DNA from: an uncultured Candidatus Saccharibacteria bacterium
GTDB taxonomy: Bacteria; Patescibacteriota; Minisyncoccia; Phycocordibacterales; UBA12088
Assembly (NCBI GenBank): GCA_964567265.1
Contig: CAZMLK010000002.1
Coordinates: forward strand, 66,996-130,995
Length of the DNA stretch: 64,000 bases
Direction: 5' to 3'
Both the position numbers and the translations under genes were made by a program. The notes below the pieces were generated by a model that worked only from the letters and a program-made list of their open reading frames with translations, made no database searches and was not told where the DNA came from. Shown piece by piece: positions 17,587 to 27,264 of the stretch; position 1 is the stretch's first letter, and each line of letters starts with the position of its first letter.

Positions 17587-19995
17587 CTACCCCCGATCCA
17601 TCTCTCCCCAATTCGGACCGGTCTTCGACTCCGCCTTGATCGGCACCCCTTTCGTTTCTTCGGGCGAGAGCACCGACTCCATGATGGATTTGATCTCTGC
17701 GATTATTTCCTCGGCGCGGTCTTCCTGGATCTCGAACACGAGCTCGTCATGCACCTGCATCAAGAGGTACGCGTCGCGTGAAAGTCCTTTGTCCGCAAGA
17801 TAGCTATCGACGCGTGCCATGGCAATCTTGATGATATCCGCCTGCGTCCCTTGGATCGGCGCATTGATGGCCATACGCTCTGCCTGCGCGCGCAGATACG
17901 GGAGCGAGGAGCGGAGTCCCTCGAAGTGCCGCTTGCGGCCGAAGAAGGTCGTCGTGTAGCCCTTCCGGGTCGCCTCAGCCTTCGTGCGCTCCAGGTATGA
18001 CGCAAGACCGGAGAAGTTCTTGAAGTATTCGTTATAAAATTCCTGAGCTTCTTCGCGCGGAGTCCCGAGATTCTCGCGGAGCGCGTTCACGCCCATGCCA
18101 TAGAGGATGCCGAAGTTGATGATCTTCGCACGACGACGCATCTCTGCGTCCACCATCTCGGGCGGCACGCCGAAGACTTCGGCCGCGACCGCGCGGTGCA
18201 CGTCGCCGCCCTGCTTGAAGATGTCGATCAGCTTCTCGTCGCCCGAAAGGAACGCCGCGATGCGAAGCTCGATCTGCGAGTAGTCGAGAGACGCCATCAC
18301 GAATCCAGGCGGCGCGATGAACGCGTTCCGGATCCTTTTCCCGAGCTCGGTACGGATCGGGATATTCTGGAGATTGGGATTCTGCGACGACATGCGGCCC
18401 GTCGTCGTCCCCGCAGGAAGAAACTCGGCATGGAGTCGGTTCTCCGCATCCACCTGCCGCGGGATGGTGTCGATGTAGGTGCCAAGCAATTTCCCGAGCT
18501 CGCGATACATGAAGATGTCCTCGATGATCGGATGCACGCCCCGGAGCTTCTCGAGCTCTGATTCTTTCGTCGATTTCTGCCCCGTGCCCGTCTTCTTCTG
18601 ATTCTTCACGACGAGGCCGAGCTTGTCGAAGAGGATGTCGCCAAGCTGTTTCGGCGAATTCACGTTGAACTCCTCGCCTGCAGCCTTGAAGATCCGCTTC
18701 TCGATCTTGGAAAGTTCCGTGTGGTATTCCTTCCCCAGCGCTTCGAGATACGGAACATCGATGAGAACGCCGCGGTCGTGCATCTTCTGTATGATCGGGA
18801 TCAGCGGCAATTCGATGTTATTGTAGACGCTCACGAGGTCCTCATCGACGATCCGCTTCTCGAGTTTCTTCTTCGCGTCGGCAAAGTCTTCGGTCTTGGT
18901 GCGCTCCAAAATATCATTCAGCGTCGGGTTCGTGATATCCGATTCGAGGAGCCAGAGCGCGATTGCGGCCTTTTTCAACTCAAGCGGGTCAACGACCTGC
19001 GCGGCCGGCTCTTCCTTAGCTGTGAAGTCCATCATCTGCCCGACACCGCCGAAGAGTTCCTTCACGCGGCCGCCGAGCGTACGGAAGCCGAGCTCGGTAA
19101 AGAGCGTGAGAATATTCTGGATGTCGAGTGCGTCCTCCCAGCGTTTCTCCGGAAGCGAGAACTGCATCGGCGCGTCCCTCCGGATCGTGCCGAGCGCCTT
19201 CGAGAACAGCGCTTCTTCTTCGTGCTCACGGAGCAGCTCGATGATGCGCGGCTTTATTCCCTTCTCGATGAAAGGCTTATCTGACTTCTTGAGCGTCTTG
19301 TAGATCGCCTCAATGGGACCGAAGTTGATGATGAGGTCTGTCGCAGTCTTCTCGCCGATTCCGGGGATGCCGATGATGTTGTCGGATGGATCACCGCGAA
19401 GGCCCTTGTAGTCCGGAAGAAGTTTGGGGCCGAAGCCGTAGCGTCCGAGCACGCCTTCCTCGTCATATATGATCGTGTCCTTGATTCCTTTCTTCAGGGT
19501 ATAGACGCGCACACGCGAGCCAGAAACAAGCTGGAGCGTATCCATATCACCAGAGGCGACGACGACATCGAGGTCCTTCATTCCCTTCGTTTCCTCGACG
19601 AGGGTACCGAGGAGATCATCCGCCTCGAATCCTTCGAGCTCGTAGAGCGGGATGCCGAAGGCCTTGAACACGTCCCTGGAGCGCGTGATCTGCACCGAGA
19701 GCGCATCGTCGGTCTTCGCGCGGCCCGCCTTGTAGTCCTTGTACACGTCATGGCGATAGGTGGGCTTCGGGAGATCGAAGCATGCGATCAGGTAGTCCGG
19801 CTTCAAGTCCGCGATGATCTTGAGGAGCATGGTCGAGAGTCCGTACAGGGCGCCCGTCGGCTCGCCGGTCGGCGATGAAAAATCAGGGAGCGCATGATAC
19901 GCGCGGTGGAGGATGGCGTGCGAATCCAACAGCACCAGCCGTTTCTTCTTCTCAGCCTTCTTCTTCGGCTTTTTTTCAGGAGTGGTGGTTGCCAT
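17587..19995 (-). CDS. polA: DNA polymerase I (5'-3' exonuclease + polymerase domains)
   Basis: start at MATTTPEKKPKKK; FEN domain LLDSHAILHRAYHAL; motif A DYSQIELRIAAFLSGD, motif B RRRAKIINFGILYGMG, motif C QVHDELVFE. Confidence 0.9.
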   Translation of the reverse strand: MATTTPEKKPKKKAEKKKRLVLLDSHAILHRAYHALPDFSSPTGEPTGALYGLSTMLLKIIADLKPDYLIACFDLPKPTYRHDVYKDYKAGRAKTDDALSVQITRSRDVFKAFGIPLYELEGFEADDLLGTLVEETKGMKDLDVVVASGDMDTLQLVSGSRVRVYTLKKGIKDTIIYDEEGVLGRYGFGPKLLPDYKGLRGDPSDNIIGIPGIGEKTATDLIINFGPIEAIYKTLKKSDKPFIEKGIKPRIIELLREHEEEALFSKALGTIRRDAPMQFSLPEKRWEDALDIQNILTLFTELGFRTLGGRVKELFGGVGQMMDFTAKEEPAAQVVDPLELKKAAIALWLLESDITNPTLNDILERTKTEDFADAKKKLEKRIVDEDLVSVYNNIELPLIPIIQKMHDRGVLIDVPYLEALGKEYHTELSKIEKRIFKAAGEEFNVNSPKQLGDILFDKLGLVVKNQKKTGTGQKSTKESELEKLRGVHPIIEDIFMYRELGKLLGTYIDTIPRQVDAENRLHAEFLPAGTTTGRMSSQNPNLQNIPIRTELGKRIRNAFIAPPGFVMASLDYSQIELRIAAFLSGDEKLIDIFKQGGDVHRAVAAEVFGVPPEMVDAEMRRRAKIINFGILYGMGVNALRENLGTPREEAQEFYNEYFKNFSGLASYLERTKAEATRKGYTTTFFGRKRHFEGLRSSLPYLRAQAERMAINAPIQGTQADIIKIAMARVDSYLADKGLSRDAYLLMQVHDELVFEIQEDRAEEIIAEIKSIMESVLSPEETKGVPIKAESKTGPNWGEMDRG

Positions 19996-20002
19996 ATAAA
20001 AA

Positions 20003-20455
20003 CTACGCGTCGATACCTTCGATCTTGATGCCGCGCGCCTCCGGCCCTTCATGCGAGAAGACGACGTGGATGGTGTCGTCCGGCAAGATGTCGGCGATCA
20101 GATTCGCCCATTCGATGAGGATGAGATTCGCCGAATCTTCGAGGTCGTCCTTGAACCGGAGCGCGTCGAGCTCGCGGATGTCCTCGATGCGGTAGGCATC
20201 AACGTGGAGCAATGTCTCGAACGGGTGGTCCTGGAGCGGGTAGCGCCGCTCGATGATGAAGGTCGGGCTCTGCATCAACTCATCAATCCCGAGAATCTCG
20301 CCCACCTGCTGGGTAAAGGTGGTCTTCCCGGCACCGAGATTCCCTGTGAGCGCGACCACGGTCGCCTTATCGCCCTGCCCTTTTTCGAGGAGCGCCTTCA
20401 CCAAATGCTTCGCGGCCTTCCGCGTGTCCTTGAGGCTGTGTGAAATCATGTCCAT
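20003..20455 (-). CDS. tsaE: tRNA threonylcarbamoyladenosine biosynthesis protein TsaE
   Basis: ALTGNLGAGKTTF Walker A and LLHVDAYR motif; start at internal MDMISHSL. Confidence 0.8.
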   Translation of the reverse strand: MDMISHSLKDTRKAAKHLVKALLEKGQGDKATVVALTGNLGAGKTTFTQQVGEILGIDELMQSPTFIIERRYPLQDHPFETLLHVDAYRIEDIRELDALRFKDDLEDSANLILIEWANLIADILPDDTIHVVFSHEGPEARGIKIEGIDA

Positions 20456-20550
20456 ACCCCTATTGTATCCCAAAAAGAAAAAGCCGCCCTCGGACCGACA
20501 TTTGCACAAAGTGCAGATGATCGGCCGCGAGAGCGGCTAGGGGAAGGTAC

Positions 20551-20967
20551 TCAGTACTCTCCGAAATGCGGGAGTGTTACGTTCGATGACGTGGTGACCT
20601 TGAAGCTGCCGCCGCAGAAAAGTCCGAGCAGGCACCGGTCGGTGCGTCCCTGGATTGAATCACGGCGTGAGACGCGCGTCGTTGCAGGACGTCGATAGGT
20701 GCTTGCGGAGTTCGTCACATTGAGGTCATGGCTTCCGCGGAGTGCGTAAGCGTCCTTGCGGTTGCCGCACTCCGCTTTCGTCTGCTCTTGGTACTGGTCG
20801 CGCCTCGCGGATTCGCGGCCACGTGCGCGTGCCTTGACCTTGAGGTCATTGGGCGGCGTGCAGTTCGCAGCAATGATCTGCTCGACTGGGACGGGAAACC
20901 CGCCAGTGCAGCCCCCGAGGCAAAGCATGAGGGCAACGAGAGGAAGGAAGCAGAGCTTCGTGAACAT
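20551..20967 (-). CDS. hypothetical lipoprotein
   Basis: 138 aa; signal peptide with lipobox LCLGGC. Confidence 0.5.
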   Translation of the reverse strand: MFTKLCFLPLVALMLCLGGCTGGFPVPVEQIIAANCTPPNDLKVKARARGRESARRDQYQEQTKAECGNRKDAYALRGSHDLNVTNSASTYRRPATTRVSRRDSIQGRTDRCLLGLFCGGSFKVTTSSNVTLPHFGEY

Positions 20968-21006
20968 CGGTGTTCTCCTTGGTACTGCTTCCTTCAGGAA
21001 GCGGGT

Positions 21007-21324
21007 TTAGACGCCCGGCTCGCCGGACTTCGGAGCTTTGGCACCGCCTCGGATCTGTACGCCCGGGCAGGTTTGCCCGGCAGAAGCGGTGAAGGTCTTT
21101 TCCTGTTCCGTCGCGGTCGCATGCATCTTGAATTCCTCCGAAAAGCAATTCGGATAGGCAGCATTCGCTAGAGCAGGATCTGCAGCTTGATTGACGTGCT
21201 GAGCGCCGGCGCCGATCGAGAGGGTTTGGGTCTCGCCTTCACCGGGCGGGTACGCGACGACTGGGACGCAGGCCGTAACGCTTGCGAGGAGTGCCAGCAG
21301 GCACAGACTCTTCTGGATAGACAT
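21007..21324 (-). CDS. hypothetical lipoprotein
   Basis: start set at MSIQKSLCLLALLASVTAC (lipobox); Cys-containing small secreted protein. Confidence 0.45.
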   Translation of the reverse strand: MSIQKSLCLLALLASVTACVPVVAYPPGEGETQTLSIGAGAQHVNQAADPALANAAYPNCFSEEFKMHATATEQEKTFTASAGQTCPGVQIRGGAKAPKSGEPGV

Positions 21325-21485
21325 GATGTCAACGTTCTCCACTGCGGGTTTCATTTCTTTACTCGCAACATGATAACACGATAATTGCAGTTTTGTCAAT
21401 AGAGCGCCGCGTCGGCTTCCCTCTCTCAAACCGCCTGTTTTAGCCATATTTTGCGCCATTTACGATGTGCGGTACCATTAGAGGC

Positions 21486-23153
21486 ATGTCAGGCATCCAG
21501 GAAGATAAGCAGAGTGCTCGCCTCGATGAGATCCGCGCTCGCGAAGAGGAGGAGCTCGCGAAAATCCTCGCTGTCAAATACGGCCTTGAGTATGCCGATC
21601 TCTCCCAGCAGGTCATTGAAACTGATGCCCTCCGCCTCCTCCCAGAGGACGAGGCCCGCAAGGCAGAGCTCGCGACCTTCTTCCGCGCAGGCAAGAAGGT
21701 CTCGGTTGCGCTCAGGAGTCCCAACAACCCAGCCGTCACCGAGATCCTCAACAAGCTCAAGGATCTCGACTACAAGCTTACACTCTACATGACCTCGCGC
21801 GCGGGCCTCGAGCGCGCCTGGATCCGCTACAAGGACCTTTCATTCGCAATGGAGACCAAGGCTGGCATGCTCGACATCTCGGCCGACGAGATCCGTGACC
21901 TCATCAAGAACATCAGCACATTCGAGAGCGCGCAGAAGAAGATCAGCGAGGTACTGACCCTGAAGAAATCCCATCGCCTCTCGCGCATCCTCGAGACCTT
22001 GCTGGGCACCTCGCTCGCACTCGATGCATCCGATATCCACATCGAGCCCGAGGAGACCTATGTGCGCATCCGCGTACGCCTCGATGGCGTTCTCACCGAT
22101 CTCATCCAGTTCGACCGGGAGACCTTCGCGCTCCTCGACTCCCGCATCAAGCTCCTCTCAGGCCTCAAGCTGAACGTGAAGGATGAAGGTCAGGACGGAC
22201 GCTTCAGCGTGCGCATCGACAACACCGACATCGAAATCCGAACATCGGTCATCCCGGGCGCGTATGGCGAAGCACTCGTCATGCGTATCTTGAACCCAAC
22301 GACGATCGCCGTCCCGATGGAGGAACTCGGCATGGAGAAGAACCTGCTCACGCTCCTCGAGCATGAGATCTCGAAGCCGAACGGCATGATCCTCAATACC
22401 GGCCCAACGGGTTCCGGAAAGACGACCACCCTCTACGCCTTCCTCCGCAAGATCCACAAGCCGGACATCAAGATCATCACGATCGAGGACCCGATCGAAT
22501 ACCACATGCAGGGTGTCGTGCAGACGCAGACTGAGGAAGGATACACATTCGACTCCGGACTTCGCTCCGCGCTCCGCCAGGACCCGGACGTGATCATGAT
22601 CGGTGAGATCCGCGACAAGGAGGTGGCGCAGACCGCGCTTCATGCCGCGCTGACCGGCCACCTAGTGTTCTCGACGCTCCACACCAACACGGCAGCCGGC
22701 GCATTCCCCCGCTTGATCGACCTCGGGATTAATCCGAAGGTCATTAGCTCAGGTGTCAATATTGTGATGGCACAGCGTCTCGTGCGAAAATTGACTCTTG
22801 AGACGGCCCGCAAGGTGCCGATTCAGGGGGAAGACAAAGTGTTCATCGACAAAGTGCTCGCGACCATCGAGAACAAAGCCCTGATTCCTGCGAATACGAC
22901 TGAGATGTGGGAGCCGGACACCTCAAAGCCGGAGAATGGCTCCGGATTCCATGGCCGCATCGGCATCTTCGAGGCCATCAAGGTAGATGACGAGGTTGAT
23001 GCGCTCGTCAAAGTCGACTCGAGCGAGCAAGAGATCGCTGCGAAGGTCCGCTCCCAAGGCCTCATGACCATGGTGCAGGACGGCGTGGTGAAGGTGCTCC
23101 AAGGAGTGACGACGATCTCGGAGCTCGGTCGCGTGATCGACCTCTCGAAATAG
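21486..23153 (+). CDS. pilB: type IV pilus / type II secretion assembly ATPase (PilB/GspE family)
   Basis: Walker A GPTGSGKTTTLYAFL, Asp box IITIEDPIEY, His box MIGEIRD, TLHTN; N-terminal GSPII-type domain. Confidence 0.85.
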   Translation: MSGIQEDKQSARLDEIRAREEEELAKILAVKYGLEYADLSQQVIETDALRLLPEDEARKAELATFFRAGKKVSVALRSPNNPAVTEILNKLKDLDYKLTLYMTSRAGLERAWIRYKDLSFAMETKAGMLDISADEIRDLIKNISTFESAQKKISEVLTLKKSHRLSRILETLLGTSLALDASDIHIEPEETYVRIRVRLDGVLTDLIQFDRETFALLDSRIKLLSGLKLNVKDEGQDGRFSVRIDNTDIEIRTSVIPGAYGEALVMRILNPTTIAVPMEELGMEKNLLTLLEHEISKPNGMILNTGPTGSGKTTTLYAFLRKIHKPDIKIITIEDPIEYHMQGVVQTQTEEGYTFDSGLRSALRQDPDVIMIGEIRDKEVAQTALHAALTGHLVFSTLHTNTAAGAFPRLIDLGINPKVISSGVNIVMAQRLVRKLTLETARKVPIQGEDKVFIDKVLATIENKALIPANTTEMWEPDTSKPENGSGFHGRIGIFEAIKVDDEVDALVKVDSSEQEIAAKVRSQGLMTMVQDGVVKVLQGVTTISELGRVIDLSK

Positions 23154-23175
23154 AGTTTCTGTTCTTCGTAATATA

Positions 23176-23345
23176 GAAAAATCCGGCAGATAACCCTCTA
23201 AGCAACACTTTCAATACGTTGGTATTCAAAGCCGGAAGGTCATTCTGAGGAGATCCCCAGCGGTGCTTCTGTGAGGAAGGGACCAGGGAATCCTCGAAAG
23301 ACCCCCGCAGCCTGTTAAAGGGCCTCGTTGCTTAGAGGGTTATAC
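23176..23345 (+). ncRNA. candidate structured noncoding element closed by a perfect 22-24-bp terminal inverted repeat
   Basis: CCGGCAGATAACCCTCTAAGCAAC ... GTTGCTTAGAGGGTTATACGCCGG enclosing ~121 nt containing GGAA/GAAA hairpins; in a 320-nt noncoding gap between pilB and ruvB; strand and identity uncertain. Confidence 0.35.
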
Positions 23346-23481
23346 GCCGGATTGAGGCGCCACATTGGGACGGACAGAGAGAAGCGACGACGTTTCGTCG
23401 CTGAGAGATGTGTGGGCAATAAAAAATGCCCCGAGGAGAGGTCCATGTGGGCTAGGAGAAATCTAGCATACAAACAAAATC

Positions 23482-24513
23482 ATGTCAATACCTACGCCCC
23501 CGCTCCATGCACTCGAAGAACAGTCACTCGACCGGACTCTCCGGCCGTCGAGCTGGGAGGAATACATCGGCCAGAGCGCGGTGAAGGAGAATCTGCGCAT
23601 CCTTCTTCGTGCCGCGAAAGAGCGCGGGCACGCGCCTGAGCACCTTTTGTTCTATGGCCCGCCCGGACTCGGGAAGACCACGCTCGCGCACTTGATCGCG
23701 CGGGAGCTGGGCGCCCAAATGAAGATCACCTCCGGCCCTGCGATCGAGCGCGTCGGCGATTTGGCCGCTCTTCTCACCAATCTTTCCTCCGGCGACATCC
23801 TGTTTGTCGACGAGATCCACCGCCTCAACAAATCGATTGAGGAAATCCTCTACCCCGCCCTCGAGAGCGGTGTCCTCGACATCATCATCGGCAAAGGGCC
23901 CTCCGCACGCACCATCCAGCTCGAGCTTCCGCCGTTCACACTCGTCGCAGCGACGACGAAGATCGCGCAGCTCTCCGCCCCGCTCCGCTCCCGCTTCTCG
24001 GGCGGCGTCTTCCGCCTTGATTTCTATACTGACGATGAGCTCACGAGCATCCTCCGCCGCTCTGCCGGAGTCTTGCAGACCGACGCGAGCGAGACCGCGC
24101 TTCGCGCCATCGCGGCCAGGAGCCGCTATACGCCACGCACTGCTAACTATTTATTGAAGCGCTGCCGCGACTACGCGCAAGTAATGAAGACACCATTCTC
24201 GGAAGAGGCAGTTGGGAACGCACTCACCCTGCTTGCGATCGATGATCTCGGCCTCACCGCCGCAGACCGCGCCGTCCTCGACATTCTTATCCAGAAATTC
24301 AACGGCGGGCCAGTGGGCTTGGGGACCCTCGCGGCCGCGACCTCGGAAGAAGACGAGACCATCGAGGATGTGTACGAGCCCTACCTCATCCGCTCAGGAC
24401 TCCTCGAGCGCACGCCCAGGGGGCGCATCGCCACCCGTCGCGCCTATGAACATCTCAATCTCATGAACCGCTACCGCGGCGAGCAGGATTCATTCCCGCT
24501 CGGGGACGCATAA
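23482..24513 (+). CDS. ruvB: Holliday junction DNA helicase RuvB
   Basis: LFYGPPGLGKTTLAHLIA Walker A; AAA+ and winged-helix C-terminus. Confidence 0.9.
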   Translation: MSIPTPPLHALEEQSLDRTLRPSSWEEYIGQSAVKENLRILLRAAKERGHAPEHLLFYGPPGLGKTTLAHLIARELGAQMKITSGPAIERVGDLAALLTNLSSGDILFVDEIHRLNKSIEEILYPALESGVLDIIIGKGPSARTIQLELPPFTLVAATTKIAQLSAPLRSRFSGGVFRLDFYTDDELTSILRRSAGVLQTDASETALRAIAARSRYTPRTANYLLKRCRDYAQVMKTPFSEEAVGNALTLLAIDDLGLTAADRAVLDILIQKFNGGPVGLGTLAAATSEEDETIEDVYEPYLIRSGLLERTPRGRIATRRAYEHLNLMNRYRGEQDSFPLGDA

Positions 24514-24535
24514 TTTATCCGTTTCAGTTTCTCCC

Positions 24536-25066
24536 ATGTCTGGACATAACAAGTGGAGCAAGATCAAGCACAAGAAGGCGGCGTCGGATGCGAAGAAGAG
24601 CAAGGAGTTCTCGAAAACTGCGAGCCTCATCGCGGCTGAGTCGAAGCGGGTGAAGGGCGATGCAACAGCGCCCACCCTCCGCGTACTCATCGAGAAGGCG
24701 CGCGGCCTCAACATGCCAAAGGAGAACATCGATCGCGCGATCGAGAAAGGAAAGAGCGACCCGAATGCAATCTACGATCATGTCCTCTACGAGGCCTATG
24801 GCCCGGGCGGCGTCGCGCTTCTGATCGAAGGCTTCACCGACAAGAAGAATCACGTCGCGGCAGAGATCAAGCGCGTGTTCTCGAAGCACAACGTCGCACT
24901 CGCGGCTCCGGGGAGCGCAGCGTGGGCGTTCACCAAGACCGAGGATGAGTGGGTCGCGAATGTCACCGTACCACTCGAAGATATGGATCTCGATCAACTG
25001 GAAAAGATCGTGGATGAGCTTGAGGAAATCCCGGACATCAACGACATCTATACGAACGCGGAGTAG
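24536..25066 (+). CDS. YebC/PmpR-family protein (short, 176 aa)
   Basis: MSGHNKWSKIKHKKAASDAKKSKEFSK N-terminus is the YebC signature; located between ruvB and ruvC as in many bacteria. Confidence 0.7.
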   Translation: MSGHNKWSKIKHKKAASDAKKSKEFSKTASLIAAESKRVKGDATAPTLRVLIEKARGLNMPKENIDRAIEKGKSDPNAIYDHVLYEAYGPGGVALLIEGFTDKKNHVAAEIKRVFSKHNVALAAPGSAAWAFTKTEDEWVANVTVPLEDMDLDQLEKIVDELEEIPDINDIYTNAE

Positions 25067-25095
25067 CGGCTTCCCTTTCTTGATATACTGCCCCC

Positions 25096-25617
25096 ATGAA
25101 AATCCTTGCGCTCGACCCAGGATACGGACGCTTAGGAATCGCCGTCGTTGAGAAATCGGCCGGAAAGGAAATCGTTCTGTATTCAGATTGCATCGAGACG
25201 ACAGCTGCAACCCCCTTTCCGGAGCGACTTCGTGCACTTGGGGCTGCGATTGAAGCTGCAATCAGTGCATATGCGCCCGATGCGTGCGCACTTGAGCATC
25301 TCTTCTTCACGAACAATCAGAAAACGGCGATGCACGTCGCCGAGGCGCGCGGCATGATTCTATACATCGCGAGCACGCACGAACTTCCCGTCTTTGAATA
25401 CACGCCAAACCAGGTGAAGGTTGCGGTCGCCGGCGACGGCCGCGCCGACAAAGGGCGGCTGATGGCGATGGTAACGCGATTGGTGGCAACACGAGCCGAT
25501 ATCAAGCATGATGACGAATACGATGCGATCGCAGTCGGCCTCACCTGCCTCGCGATCGAACGGCCGCTCAAAATTTCACAACAGACTTTATCCACACGGA
25601 AGGGTCTAGGGGCTTGA
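25096..25617 (+). CDS. ruvC: crossover junction endodeoxyribonuclease RuvC
   Basis: MKILALDPGYGRLGIAVVE N-terminus with catalytic Asp; RNase H-like fold motifs. Confidence 0.85.
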   Translation: MKILALDPGYGRLGIAVVEKSAGKEIVLYSDCIETTAATPFPERLRALGAAIEAAISAYAPDACALEHLFFTNNQKTAMHVAEARGMILYIASTHELPVFEYTPNQVKVAVAGDGRADKGRLMAMVTRLVATRADIKHDDEYDAIAVGLTCLAIERPLKISQQTLSTRKGLGA

Positions 25618-25695
25618 AAAAGGATTTGAATCTGATACAACTATGGGCATCTTTGCGGCTTGCGAGGATATTATCAGATTTAGACTGCGGAGTTC

Positions 25696-25917
25696 ATGGT
25701 TTCTGATACAGAATATCGCCCATTTCGCCTTGATGATGACGATGGCGGCGTCGCACTCGACCCTTCCATTTTTGATGAGGAGGAAGTCGCGGTTGATGAC
25801 GAGGATGAGGACGGTCTCCCGATAAAGAAAGGCGTTGCGGATGATGATGACGATGATGAGGTGGTTACCACCAAGAAGTCAGATGATGATGACCCGATCG
25901 CTGATCGCTGGCTCTAA
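25696..25917 (+). CDS. possible small highly acidic protein
   Basis: 73-aa ORF, >40% Asp/Glu; followed by terminator hairpin; could be non-coding. Confidence 0.25.
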   Translation: MVSDTEYRPFRLDDDDGGVALDPSIFDEEEVAVDDEDEDGLPIKKGVADDDDDDEVVTTKKSDDDDPIADRWL

Positions 25918-25946
25918 CAAAAAGACCCCTCTCGGGGTCTTTTTGT
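25917..25946. terminator. bidirectional rho-independent terminator
   Basis: AAAAGACCCC-TCTC-GGGGTCTTTT. Confidence 0.6.
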
Positions 25947-25951
25947 TTCAC

Positions 25952-27142
25952 TTATTTATTTAGAGTGATTCGGAGAAAGCGCTGCTTTCCGATGCGGAGG
26001 GTCATCATACGCTCTACAGGCAGGAGGGGGTCTTCGAGTTTGACACCCTCTTCCTCAGGAAGCGAGACGGCGCCCTGCTCGAAAAGGCGGCGGCCTTCTG
26101 ATTTTGATGCAACGAGCCCGCTTTCAACGAGCACATCGAGAAGCACGGTTCCGCTTGCAACTGTAATTTCTTGGATGTCCTCAGGTACTTCCCCTTTCGA
26201 GAAGGTTTCGATGAAGAAATGTTCTGCGTCTGCGGCCGCATCTGTACTGTGGTACATGGTCACGATTTCGCGCGCCAGGCGCATCTTCGCCTCCTTCGGA
26301 TGGAGCGCTGTGATGCCGCTGATTTCAGCGACCGGCACGCGTGTGCAAAGCATCAAATACTCAGGTACCAGCTCGTCCGTGAGGCTCATCACTTTGCCGT
26401 ACATGTCACGTGGTTCGTCGAGAAGATTGATGACGTTGCCCCAGCTCGAACTCATCTTCCGCCCATCGAGTCCACTGATGAGAGGATTTATAAGCACGTC
26501 CTGCGGCTCTTGGCCGAAGCGAGCCTGGAGCACTCGGCCTGCGAGGAGGTTGAAGCGCTGGTCCGTGCCGCCGATCTCGACGTCAGCCTCGACCGCGACG
26601 CTGTCGTAGCCCTGCATGAGCGGATACAGGAGCTCTCGCAAGGAGACCCGCTTGCCGCCATCAAGGCGTTTCTTGATATTCTCCCGCGCGATGAAATCGG
26701 ACACCGAGAACTGGTCTGCGTGCTCGCCGATCTCGCGGTACGTCAGCTTTTCGAGCCATTCGGTGTTGTAGCGAAGCTCAACCAACGAAAGGTCGAGGAG
26801 CTTCCCTGCCTGCGCGAAATAGCTTTCCTTGTTCGCCTCGATCACCTCACGAGCAAGCATCGGCCGTTCGCTCTCTTTGTCAGAGGTGTCGCCGATCACC
26901 GCCGTGAAGTCGCCGACGATGAAGACGATCTGGTGGCCGAGTTCCTGGAAATCACGGAGCTTGAGGAGCGGGATGGCGCGTCCGATATGGAGATTCGGGC
27001 TGGTCGGATCGATGCCGAGCTTGATACGGAGCCGTTTCCCGGAGAGGAGCTTTTTCCGCAGGTTTTCCTTGGTGATGACCTCGGATACACCGCGCTCCAG
27101 TAACGCATCGACCTTTGATTCGTCTGTAATCACATCCTTCAT
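25952..27142 (-). CDS. tyrS: tyrosyl-tRNA synthetase with C-terminal S4 domain
   Basis: HIGH motif PNLHIGRAIP, KMSKS variant KMSSS, class I Rossmann fold order. Confidence 0.9.
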   Translation of the reverse strand: MKDVITDESKVDALLERGVSEVITKENLRKKLLSGKRLRIKLGIDPTSPNLHIGRAIPLLKLRDFQELGHQIVFIVGDFTAVIGDTSDKESERPMLAREVIEANKESYFAQAGKLLDLSLVELRYNTEWLEKLTYREIGEHADQFSVSDFIARENIKKRLDGGKRVSLRELLYPLMQGYDSVAVEADVEIGGTDQRFNLLAGRVLQARFGQEPQDVLINPLISGLDGRKMSSSWGNVINLLDEPRDMYGKVMSLTDELVPEYLMLCTRVPVAEISGITALHPKEAKMRLAREIVTMYHSTDAAADAEHFFIETFSKGEVPEDIQEITVASGTVLLDVLVESGLVASKSEGRRLFEQGAVSLPEEEGVKLEDPLLPVERMMTLRIGKQRFLRITLNK

Positions 27143-27264
27143 AATTGGTACTCTAGCATACCCCTATCCCGCGTGGTACATTCGACTCTATGCCTCACCT
27201 CATACACAGCTTCTTGAAAACGGCCCGTCGTTCGCTCTCGGTCGTGGTAAAATATGCGCACGCT

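Noticed and set aside
23176-23345. SRP (4.5S) RNA or 6S RNA identity for the IR-closed element
   Set aside because: It contains GGAA/GAAA loops and a GCAGCC motif. I could not align the SRP domain IV consensus or a 6S-type central bubble by eye. The closing stem is perfect and 22+ bp, which is atypical. Kept only as a generic structured-element candidate.
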